In this document: positions 26,001 through 38,200 of the stretch, in pieces | Layout: each line of letters begins with the position of its first letter | Position numbering within the stretch: position 1 is the first letter of the stretch | Origin: Acanthaster planci | Lineage: Eukaryota | Length of the DNA: 64,000 nucleotides | Reading direction: 5' to 3' | Assembly (NCBI RefSeq): GCF_001949145.1 | Contig: NW_019091361.1 | Coordinates: 2,939,854-3,003,853, forward strand | Notes under the pieces: model-generated | Seen by the model: the letters and a program-made list of their open reading frames with translations, nothing else | Told to the model about the DNA's origin: nothing | The model's database searches: none | Translations under genes and position numbers: made by a program

Positions 26001-26308
26001 ATGTAACAGTAATTATATTTAAGTATAGGCATATACACAGGGGCAATATTTCCTTGGAATTTTACAGGCGCTTTGGAATTAAAGAAATAATGTAACTTAT
26101 GCAACACCCAAGCCATATACCGTTGTACTATATTCGCATACTTTTCTATCACGGTACTAATGTCTTGTTCTTTTACATTATTATCTCAAGCCCCAACATG
26201 TGCACAGAATTAAACTGATATTCAAAAAGACCGGTCAGTTAGTCAATTTCTACAAACAAGAGCAAGTGGTGCAGATCACTATACGTGAAGAATTTACAGT
26301 GTCTTGGT

Positions 26309-29300
26309 TCACTCCCTGGTAACTGCGCAGACCTCGAAGCTTGCTGGTGACCAAACAAGACCTTCTTTTCCTTCCATAGACACTGCAGGAACATGGTCAG
26401 GTTTCTTGAGGGTGAAGTGATGCAGTAAGTGTGTGAAGAAGATGAAGAGCTCCATCTTGGCAAGGTGCTCACCCAAACAGATGCGTCGACCTGTACAGTG
26501 TACAAAGTGCAAAGAGCTGTAATCTTTTTTTAAAAATGGATAACTTTGGTTACATTATGGAGGCATAATTCAAGGCGACTCATTGCTTTCAAATTTCGCA
26601 CCATCTGTAAGTTTGATAAAGGACAAACTATACAGAGCATAACGTAAGAGTTTGAAATGGTAAATTCAAACAATAACCTGATTTTTAAGTTCTCAAATGT
26701 AGTTTATTTTCACAAAAACAGACATATTTTTGTGGTTCAAAGGCCCTTTTCATTCTATACTTCCCCCAAATCTCCCAAAGTCCTTTGTCGTCTGCCATTT
26801 TTGACATGACGTCAAATCGGAGACTACGACTGCGATTTCCGTCAGTGCAAAATGGTGAAATGCCACAGCTGTTTGCAAATAATTACAACAGTGTCATTAT
26901 CGATCGTAGAACAAATTTTACTGTTTACAACTATATTCAGGCAGACTTGAATGTCTTGCATTCAATTTTGGTCTACTTTATATAATCAAAATTAGTTTAA
27001 AACTTGTGCAAGTTAATATGCAAAGCGGTGCAAAGTTACAAATTAACCAAAACCGGTATTGAAAGAATACGTACCGATTCCAAACGGTATGAGTTCTTCA
27101 CGGGGTCGAAACGTGCCATCTTTTTCAAGGAATCGCTCGGGACTAAACTTCTCAGGCTCTTCCCATACCAAAGGGTCAAAGTGGTTATGCCAGATGTTAG
27201 ACATCACAATTGTACCCTTGGGAATGTTGTACCTGTTAACAGAATATACTACAGATATAACCCTTGGTATATCTGTAGTCCATGAGAAAACAGCAATTTG
27301 CACAGGCGGGACTTACTGCGAAAGGAGTGCGGGTGGGGATTGTGACAACAATGATGGCAACGGAAGGTCTACTCCTAGCACACTCAAGAAATGTACATAA
27401 TACGCATGGCCTCCCCAGGTCCATTGTTACTGCAGGTATGTAAATTCTGGGGATGAGGGGAGACCTATATATTTTTCCACGTTTTTTCCAGGGGATATGC
27501 CTACTTTTGGATCAGCCCCCCCCCGCACTTTTTCGTGGCGACTCAATTTCCCCTGGCGAAAAAAGCCGGGAATTGGAGGTATTTTCGAACTTCCCAACAA
27601 CCGAAACGTGTTCAGTGGTACGGACAAAAGGAAGAAAGTACTGTACAGGTTTAAATATGGAGTTTTGAGCTGAGATTAAGGAAGGTAAGTCATCCCCCAT
27701 GCCCTCGACCCAGTACAGATTTACACCATCAGGTTTCTGAATAATTACTAGTCGGAGTGTAGCTTACAGATTGTGTCTTTCCCTTGCTCTGATTGTCTTG
27801 CTGCTGCCTATAGCTTTGTATTTTAAAGTGGGTTAAACCCAAATAATGTTATATGTCACAGGGGATTAGCGTTTTTCACCCCAGGTCTCTAACTTTGGTA
27901 ACTGACTAACTATTCTAGATATCTTTTCGAAATTTGAAAACTGTATCTTGCGTATGAAAGTTATACGAAAGTTCAGAGGTTTAGAGGTGAACTGAGTTCT
28001 GTTAACGTAATTTTAATTATGAATTAAAACGTGAATATTACCTTTGTCTTGTAAATTCAGCAGACTTGAGGTATGCTGTGTTCCAGTGATGTCCTTGGTT
28101 TCATCTCGTGGCGTATTATAATTATACACCGCGTGGTATGGTTACTGTTCCTCTGTTTACTCACCCCGCGATAGTGGTATCTTCAGCGGTCATATGTGGC
28201 ACGGCCAATGGCACGATGGTTCCGATGCGTTGAATCTCACACAGCACGGCTTCGGTGTACGGCAGCTCGGGCTTATCAGAAAGTCTTGGCAGACGATTAC
28301 GACTTGTGACGTCATCCAACTCCTTCTGGACTCGTCTCTGTATTTCTGGGTGTGCCATCATGTACAGCATCCCCCAGCGAAGAGTAGTGGCAGTGGTCTC
28401 AGATCCAGCACCAAACAGGTCACCCACGATGTGCTTCAAATTCTCGGGAAGTAAGGCCAGGGACTTGACCCCCTGACGTTCCTTCACCTTCTGTTCATCC
28501 AAGAACATGTCGATGAAATCTTGAGGAAGATCAGAGCTTTGTCCATTACTGTGTTCTTTCAAGAGTGTGTTAATGTAATTGAAGAAGTTCTCCGTGGCAA
28601 TCACATACTTTCGCACGAACGGAAGCATTTTCAGTTTTGCAAATACAGGTACATTTTCGAGCATGCCCCCTCCTTGCGACTGGATAACAAGATCGTTCAA
28701 GACTTTCAGAAGTCGCTTGAAAGCTGGATCAGTGTACTAGAACCTTTTACTAAACACTACCGAACAGATGATGTTGGATACAGCATTGCCAAGAAGGTGC
28801 CTCGGATCAAATGCCTTGCCATTAAATTTTTTGAGTTCTTCAACCAGAACTTCTGCCTCGGTGGAGATGTTCTCTTCAAATCGTGACTTGCCAACACCAA
28901 GCCCCCGGAGAACGGTCATGGAAAACCGACGAATCTCGGTCCACTGCTCACCACTTGATGCTATAATGCCTGTAAAAGAGAAAATATGAAGATTTGAAAA
29001 CAGTGAGCCGGAGCAGAATGGGGTTGGACCCCACCTGCTTTGAGATGGAAGGAAAATTGCCATGTGCAATTTACCGATACGTGTGCTACTTTTGACAAAC
29101 CGGCATTGCGGCACCATGAATATCTTACCAATTAAAATAATTCAGAACATCTGTATTATTACTACTTATTCATAGCAACATGTACATCACAGACAAGATG
29201 GGCTCAGGACAGACAAAAGTAAAAAAATAATCACTGTGATCTAAGACCTGGCTTCCCATATCAAGTTATCAAAAATACAATCTCAAACATTTTGTCAGGT

Positions 29301-30409
29301 TAAAACATTAAAAATCTGTAAATCTAAACACAAACACAAAACTTCGTTACTGCACTTTGAACGTCAGATGGGGCTATATCCACTTGGAGAACGTAACAAG
29401 TGGGAACATGAGGGTGCATTTTGGGGTTAACCCTCATCCGTTACTGCATATTTGGGTGTTTTGGCATGGTAATGTTCAATTTAATTGTGGCTTAATATCT
29501 GTTAAGGTACAGACTTGGGTTGGGTACCATAGTTAAGATAATTAATTGATAATTATGGCAATGAGGTCAATGGCAAGCGTCCGAGCCTAGATCTTCTGCC
29601 TTTTTGGCAGTTAACAATATCTTCTTTTAGCCTTTAAATATATTTCGATTTCATATTAATTCATTGGGAAGTGCGTTTGGCTCCATGGCTTGAATCTCAA
29701 AAGCTTTGTCCACACGAGCACGCCTAGTTTATGAGAACAGATCAAATCTCACCAACACCAGGAGCAACACTCTCAGTTATGTGAAGATGCGGGCGGTCAC
29801 TGAGCTGATACCGCGAGAAGGCCTCCTTGACCGTGTCGTGTCCATGTAGGATGACAATTGGTATCCCGCCCATATCGATGCTCACAACTTTGCCATATCT
29901 GTAAAGTACATGAATTAAACACACACAAAATATGAAATAGTTACCGGTACATAATGTTTTAGCACAAGTTAAGGTGCATGGTGTAGGGTGGGTTAAATGT
30001 GTACCTGTGGAGATGTACAAACTGTCTTGTTATATTTTAACATCGTTTTTAACAAACATGAAATTGCTCGTGTAGCTTTTATTACACACAAATCCCGTAC
30101 AAAAAAAATGTTGAAATGTGAGTTCGAAGCGACTTTTTCACTCACTAGCTATCCGTACATGTATGTTAGGACCCTGGTTATGTTTTTGTCGTATTAAACA
30201 GAAACTTACTTTCCTGTAAGTTTAGAAATCCGCCTGAACAACGTGTCCCCTGGCATCAGCAGTTGGAGGTTGCCAAGAATAGGCAAACCCCAGGGACCAG
30301 GCGGCCGGTTTCGTGGTCGACGGAGGTATCGAAACAAGACAAGAAACACCACGATCCCGAGCACAAGCGTCCGTGCGTCGAGAAGCTTCCATGAGGAAAA
30401 CACCTCCAT
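26309..30409 (-). pseudogene. Cytochrome P450, CYP2 clan (copy 3), with a premature stop in exon 3 (probable young pseudogene or null allele)
   Basis: Exons 30210-30409, 29753-29898, 28165-28969, 27075-27232, 26309-26490; splice sites are intact and much of the gene is close to copy 2. In-frame TAG at 28737-28739 (codon ~193, ...KRF*YTD) where copy 2 has CAG (KRFQYTD). The ORF track is broken at the same site. Confidence 0.85.
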
Positions 30410-33400
30410 TATGAGTCCTCAGTTCTGTAAGAAACCAACGGAAAAAATGACAATTGGCCAAATGATGCTTGGTTACAACTTGAAATAACACAGGCATCCG
30501 TGGAATCTGCTATGACTATGAGCATTGTCGAATTGCATCTTACGGACGTTCGTAGGCAAAGAAATGGGTCACAGCTCAGTACACTAACCCAACGTTATGA
30601 TAGAAGCAACACGATTCAGCCTACCAGTTGGCTTGGTGTGGGGGTTACAGCTGGTCGGGACTCGCTTGTTCTCACAATTTCCCAGTTGGCTATCTGAAAT
30701 AGGCTAGCAAACGCTGCACCAACGGACAAAAGGAGACAAATCAACCTTGATATCAAATCTAAGTCTGAAGGTACACAAATCACACAATTAACGTTTAAGT
30801 GGACTTTGGATAGCGGAAGTGCACCGTCATTATCGACAGAATACTATCACTGGTTGGCGTTCAAGTTATATGACGAGACAGAACACCTAAGTTGGATGGT
30901 AAATTATTAATCAGGCATAAGGGTATCAACGGACATTTCCCCCTCTGGCGTGCAAAAATTAGAAAGCCAGAACCAATGCAAGTCTTAGTTAGCAGTGCAG
31001 GGTCTATCATCATTAGGCAATTAGTTTACTTTCATCTACCGACCTGACTTACGCTGTTAGTATGAATTTCGTAGTGCGCATGTGCAGTCTTGACGTTATA
31101 ATCGTTTGCTCATATGTTCTCCTCAGTGGGTCTATGGGCGCCTCTGCCGTGCACGCGCTGCGGTGTAGCTAGAAATGTAGTTATGTAGCACGTGACGTTA
31201 GACTTGACTCAGGTCGGGATCTCTGGACGTCTTCGTTCATGTTTTGGATACATAGGCCTATCGGGACCGCACGCAGTTACTTGCTTCGCGCCCTCTTTTG
31301 TCTACTAATTACTACGAGTTCAGTTCAGAAACCCAACTTGACGAATCTGCCAACTGTTTGTACACAGCGAATGGACTCATCTACCAAAAGTGGTAGCGGC
31401 CAATCACATTGCCGGAATTGTTTTTGCGTCGTTCATACCTACATTATAATGAACGACTCTATAGGCCTAAATCTGACTACTTTGATCGGTGGAAATTCTG
31501 TATACATTTTGCAAGATTATGTCGTTCATGTGCAATTTGAATAACTACATATTACTGACGGGGGTCCGATTGGCTTATCTGTCAAGTCGGACTTACTAAC
31601 TGGTGGCGTATGACACACGCTGTCATAAATGCTATCAAATGAGGGCGCCTTATAAGGGTTATGCCACGCGTACGGACGTATAAAAAAGATCTGGACTGGC
31701 TTCTGCGCGAACAAAGGCGTCAGAACGAACAAAGGCGTTGCAAGTCCAGGTTTTTTTTAATATACGCCCCTGATGACATCACCGAGTCTTGATTCTTGGA
31801 AGNNNNNNNNNNNNNNNNNNNNNNNNNNNNNNNNNNNNNNNNNNNNNNNNNNNNNNNNNNNNNNNNNNNNNNNNNNNNNNNNNNNNNNNNNNNNNNNNNN
31901 NNNNNNNNNNNNNNNNNNNNNNNNNNNNNNNNNNNNNNNNNNNNNNNNNNNNNNNNNNNNNNNNNNNNNNNNNNNNNNNNNNNNNNNNNNNNNNNNNNNN
32001 NNNNNNNNNNNNNNNNNNNNNNNNNNNNNNNNNNNNNNNNNNNNNNNNNNNNNNNNNNNNNNNNNNNNNNNNNNNNNNNNNNNNNNNNNNNNNNNNNNNN
32101 NNNNNNNNNNNNNNNNNNNNNNNNNNNNNNNNNNNNNNNNNNNNNNNNNNNNNNNNNNNNNNNNNNNNNNNNNNNNNNNNNNNNNNNNNNNNNNNNNNNN
32201 NNNNNNNNNNNNNNNNNNNNNNNNNNNNNNNNNNNNNNNNNNNNNNNNNNNNNNNNNNNNNNNNNNNNNNNNNNNNNNNNNNNNNNNNNNNNNNNNNNNN
32301 NNNNNNNNNNNNNGAGGCGGGAAAACCGCGGGCCGTTCGCATACCAGCGCGGGCAGCCAGCAAACTCCATGCGGGTCCGAGCTGGCGCCCCCACCGGCCG
32401 GACCCGCCGGCGCTACATTATCATTGAACCTGGTCACAGCTTGGAGTAATACCAAAAAATGGTATCCAGTAGTGTTTTTGGTTGTACAATAAGACGAAGT
32501 GCAGATTCCAAAAAGAAAGGGATCTGGTTCTTCAGATTTCCCAAGTACAAAAAGCAGCGAATCGAATAGGTACAGTACATGTAGACTGAACATCAGTACA
32601 CATTTACAAATGCACAGGTTGGCTCCAAGAACACCAACGATGTAATTCATACTATGACGGAAGGGGGCCATACAAAGAGACGGCGATCTCGTGCGCACAG
32701 GAAAAGTATAACGATTATAAAGTATTTTTAAATAGCACTAAAAATTTCGCTTAGATAAGAAACTAAGAGCAAAACCGATTTAATGGGATTCCTGATGAAA
32801 AAAAAACTGAACCAAGCCAGAAAATGAGAGAAAATGACCATCAAAGTCGCACTCCTGTACCTTTTCAGCGGCCCGCTCAGGCTTCTTGCTGCCAAGGTCT
32901 ATAAGCCTTTCTAAACATTTTTGCAAATTTGCTTTAAACGGAAGGGATGTTTTTGTGGTTTCCGAGATAACCTTCAGGTTTGTGGAGGATTACGTCCCAA
33001 AGGGCTCCAAAAGCAGGTAAAGGCTTCAATTATTATTCCGGAGCCTACATTCGTAATCTGAAGGGTAAGTAATTTATTAACGAGATTTTATCTGGGACAT
33101 TTTTTACGTTGCATGCATGCACCGTTTCTGTCCAGGCCTAAACGGCCGGTTGCCGCCACGAGCGAGCTGTTTGAAGACCGTTTTGTCATTCGGCGGGTTA
33201 CTTACTGGGCTATTTCCTTTCAAAGTTCAGAATTCTATAGATGCTAATTCGAGTATTGCAGACGTTATTTCATTAACCTGGACGCCATCAATCATGGAAG
33301 GGCAAGACTGGAGCAATGGAATTGCACCAAAGTGCTCTAACGTGTACGGTGTAGGGCCAGTGATTACAATTTTTTATACGAACATCTTAAGCGCCCAAAG

Positions 33401-35278
33401 AAGTCGTTCAAAGTCACAATCTACCTTACATATTGGCCCCTCGTCTCGGCAGAATCTTGTTCTTTGAAAATCGATGAAAGCTAATTTCTGGCGATGACCT
33501 TCGTGACTACTACAACGCGGCCAGAACCATGCTTCGCCAAGTTCGCCGACAGCGCGGAATCCCCTGCAGCCTGTTTTGAGTTCCGGTGCATACAATTTGC
33601 ATATATTAAGAAAGGCCTTTAAAAACCGTAAGCACTGCCAAACAAAATGTGCCAGACTACAGCCAAGAGATTCTGACGTGGCCTTGGGCAGACGTGCGTG
33701 GCAAGCCCAAGTCTTACGTTGACTATTTTAAAAACGCAAGGCGCAAGTTGATAGGCCAAGTTTAAAACTGTAATGAGTTCGATGGAATGTTTTCTGTCTT
33801 GCGTTGGTAGCAAGTCATAATATGCAAGTCCACGTCAAGTTACAAGTCAAAAACTGGTAGTTAAACGTCAAGTCAGAAGTCATAAAAATAGGGTCTGACT
33901 CGAGTCCAAGTGAAGTGACTCGAGTCTACAACTCTGGTAGTTTTTAACACAATCGTGTTTATTTTATGAGAGAAGCTATCAAATCGGAGCGAGCCTTAAT
34001 ACAAGCTCGCAGTTAAATGACATCAAATTAAAATCCAAACGAGTCGTTTTCCTGGGCTATCAGAACAATAAAGGGGCTTCAAACAACTCTTGATCATTTT
34101 AGGTAAAAACAGAAAAAAAGAGTTATTGCCACTGAAACGTAACTACATACTAGCTTTCAACGTATGTATTTTTTCATAGTGACGAGTTTATGCAACAGCA
34201 AAAAGACCGACAGACAGGACCGCAGTCATTACAAAATAGATCTTCAAAAGTCTCCAAAACTGACGTGCCGTGTACAGAATCACTTGAATGATGGATGCAT
34301 TCATATCAAAACCAAAGTTCTGCACAACTTGTGAAGGTTAAGTAACAGATAGAATAGAGGTTCTACACCTATATTGTCAAGCTTGTTAACAAGAATTCAC
34401 AACTTTTATCTTTAATCTGTTTGAAGTCTTACACCCCCCATGCTAAGGACACTTTAAATTAGCACAGGAAAGGTGCAAGTCTATTCTTCCTAGTAAAGGA
34501 TCATTCGAGTTTTGAGCTCTTCATCCGATTTCTCTCTCTTCCTTACAATGAGCCAGTACGGTATTCCAACATGCCTCGAATGAAGTGCGCCCAAGGTAAT
34601 TCAGATGTGAACGCGAGGTCTGCCCTACTCGCCCAGCCCAACGCAGGACTCCTACGCGTGCCTTGCTCCCGAATGACCCTTTTTTTGCAACAAGGCTCTT
34701 GCTAACAACTAAAGCAAGAGAGCTGGATCCTACACTATGGAGTGGCGTGGTACGGTCTGTCCATGAATCCAACCCAGTGTTTATTACTGTTGCATTACGA
34801 ATGTGTGTTCCCACTGAAAGTGGGGATAAAGCCCTTTGAGGAGAACCAAAGACCCATTTTACATCAGAGGCTAGGCGGGTGAACAATAACATAAAGATAT
34901 ACAAATGAAGTACATGTATACAAAGGATGAATCTGCTCGTGAAATTCTCAAGCCAAATCTACGAAGTAATATGCCCAATTCCCTTTTAACAATTTGAATC
35001 TAGTTTTATTTCTAGTCAACATTTGACATAAAAATTCCTGAAACCCAAGCTTCTACTTCTTTCCATATGCTGGACGTACACTAGAATGAATATTAATGAA
35101 TGGTTCATCCTACCCAATAAAAAAATGAAATGTGATATTTCTATGAAAAAAATGAAAAAAAAAAAGTCTTCTTTCCAGATTATGTTCCCTGGTTCCCCTT
35201 TGGAGTCACTATTTACTCTCGACCCAATACCACCCTATTTGTTGTTTTGTCCAAACAAAACGACCCCTTGCCTCATCC

Positions 35279-38200
35279 TTATAACTCATCCGTCTTCGAT
35301 TTCTTCTTCTTGCCCACATTGACAGGCTTTGTGGACTCCTTCTTAATAAATTTGATGAAGTCGTCTACCTCACGCCCACCTTGGTACTTCTTAGGGTCGG
35401 ACTTGCTACCCATGGGCGCCCAGTATATAGTGGGAAACCTGGAGGAGGGAAAGTCCAGTTGTTAGTTAGGCTTCTACTGGCAATAGAAGACATGCTTGAG
35501 AATCTACACACGTTTTGCTGGTATCAAAAATGTACGTTTTCACCCAATGTACAGGCTCTGTCAAGGTGTTTCATGATATGAACTGCCAACGAAACAAAAG
35601 ACTTTGGATGGTACGCAATAATGATTCATAAACAGGAAAAAAAAACGAGACTTTTGTAGACTGGGATCTGATAGGCCTCTTAACTGATGACGTTATCCTC
35701 ATCGCATTGTCATCCTCACCTGGAAGGCATAGGAAAGCGTACATGCAAACAAAGTGTAACGTCATCAGCACAGAGGTTTATATACATGCCCGTCGCAGGA
35801 ATTGTTTCACCAAATGCTGAGGTCCCGGCCAGAAATCTAAAAGTTTCTTTTTGTGGATCGATGCAAAATTTCATTTGGCCCACAAACGCAACTTGGAAAT
35901 GTGTGCAGACATTATGTGTCTGAAAGATGAACAACCGGGAGTCCAAATCAGCTGCCTCTCCAGCTCATTTCTGAATTAAAGCCCCAAGAATATTTATGAG
36001 GTTCCTTGCTGAGTGATATTGACGTCATATCTCCTCCATAGCTTACCCAGACACTGCGTATTCAGCAGGTGAATCGTTAGCAGTGGCATCCATCTTGGCA
36101 ATGACAACATGCTCTACGTCTTTCAACTGGAAAAAAAACCAAAACAAAAAACAAGTTTAATGAACATTTCAAATAAGGTCATACTAACATTTTGATTTGA
36201 GACACCGTTTGGTGGGTTTGACAATTAACTTCCCCCCACCCAAATGACCATGTCTCAATTGACAATGTACACGCCCTGTATATATACACTCACAGGCCTG
36301 CAAATCAGCGCACATGGCGTTCATGGCAGAAACAAAAATGCATCCATATCCAGGCAAAAGCGAACAAGATGTTGATATGATTAACACTTTTCCTAAGGCA
36401 GCAGTATGAATCCTTGCTGGCGAGTAGAGGGAGGGAAAGAGGTGACCAAATCTGAAAATTGCCGATCTGTGGATAATTGAAAATGGGGATTGGAGAGAGA
36501 ACTAGACAGCAAGTTACACTAGAGGTGCATTTCATGATAAGCTCGTACGTCTTACGCATTCTTGCATGATTGATTACTTCAACATTGTATGACAATGGTA
36601 CTCTCTGTGCTGTTTATTCTGTGTTTCAATTACTCTTTTGAAATATATGTATTTAGCTGTTGGTTTGTTATAAAATAATCCAAATTATGCAATTTCTTTT
36701 ATATACCGCCGAAATGTAGGGATGGATCAAATGAACCGCGCCCTTGATTAGAAGAGCTAAGAAAATACCCCAAATATCTCCATGAGCTGGAAGGTTAAAG
36801 GTTAATGCATTCCCTAGCAAGCTATGATGCCCATCAGAGTCTACCAGGATGACTGGACAGAAAGGGTAGCAGCAACTGGATCCTACTTCTGCCACCACTT
36901 TTGGAGCAATGGGAAATAATGAACAGGAGCTGCTGGTCACTGACCTTCTCCCCGAGTTCAGTGTACTTGGGCTCCAGAGATTTGCAGTGACCGCACCACG
37001 GAGCATAGAACTCAATGAGGACATCTTTGGTGTCGTCCTTGACAATGTCATTGAAGGTGCTACCCACCACTACCTGCAAGAAAAATGACAAGAGTTATTG
37101 GGCTCTCCACAGGAAACAGAATTCACTGCAACGACAAAAACATTATCGAACAAATTCCTCATAGGCAAAGTTTCATTTGAAAAAGCTCTCCCGGCTGGTC
37201 TTTCATGACAGAAAAGAAAAGAGGAATCAACTGTACCTTGACAGGACCATCATTACTTGCTGGTGCTGGCTCACTTTTGATAAATGGTTTGATTTCTCCA
37301 GCCAAAAACTTCTTCACAAAGGCATCAAGGGCTTTGCCGTCGTTTCTGTTAGCCATCAAACATGAAAAGTACAGTACTTTTTTTTTCCACAAACATGAAA
37401 ATCAAAAAAATATACTGGTTCAGTTAGCGATCAGAGGACTACTCAAATTGTGTCATGGCTCTTATAATTAGATTGGACAGCAAATGGTCACATGTCCAGT
37501 CTGTAAAAGTGACACCATCAACAAATGCCACGATGCATAAACAGGTGCATTCTCTGTGAAAATAACCGTTCAAGTGGTCGTTTTTTGAGGAGACTATTTT
37601 GAGAATTTGAAACAAGTTTAGACAATAGCGGACAAATGAAACATATGTTAAGCACATGATGGAGTGTATCTTTTCCACATTCTGAAAACTCACTGAAGCC
37701 CTTTTTAACAGTTAATGAAAACTCAACACCTAACTACACCTGTAGAATCCCTGCTTCTCTAAACCCTTCCAGGCAACTGGATAATGGTTGAACTTACGTA
37801 AAAGCTTCCTCCATCTTGAATTTCTCTCCATTAGACTGCCAGGCAACAACTTTGACATCATCATCTGACTTAATATCCATCGACTCAAGAACTCCTGAAA
37901 AGTCACTTTTTGAGGCAATGGCAAAGGTCAAGCCCTCATCTTTGTAGTTCTTGGCCACTTTCATGACCCTGCAAATGATATCAAGATCTCCAGTTAGTCA
38001 CAAACTCAAAAGTTAGAAAAATCAATTATACAAAAAAAACCTGATTTTTACACTGAACTTGAAAAGCACTTGCTATTCATTTTTCAAGGTTTTCTTAGCT
38101 GTTCTTTAAAGTTGTTTTATGCTGACAGTTTGCAGACTTCCACTTTGTAGTTTGCAGGTTTCTACATGAAATCTCAGGTGGGGCTTGTGTAACAAGGCAA

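Noticed and set aside
31720..32698. Long ORFs (194-313 aa) in the ORF track, and similar ones at 57362-57861
   Set aside because: They are artefacts of reading through N-gaps and contain no recognisable coding sequence.
33810..33937. hAT-like end (..GACTCGAGTCTACAACTCTG) with CAAGTC subrepeats
   Set aside because: No matching second end or TSD was found; at most a fragment.
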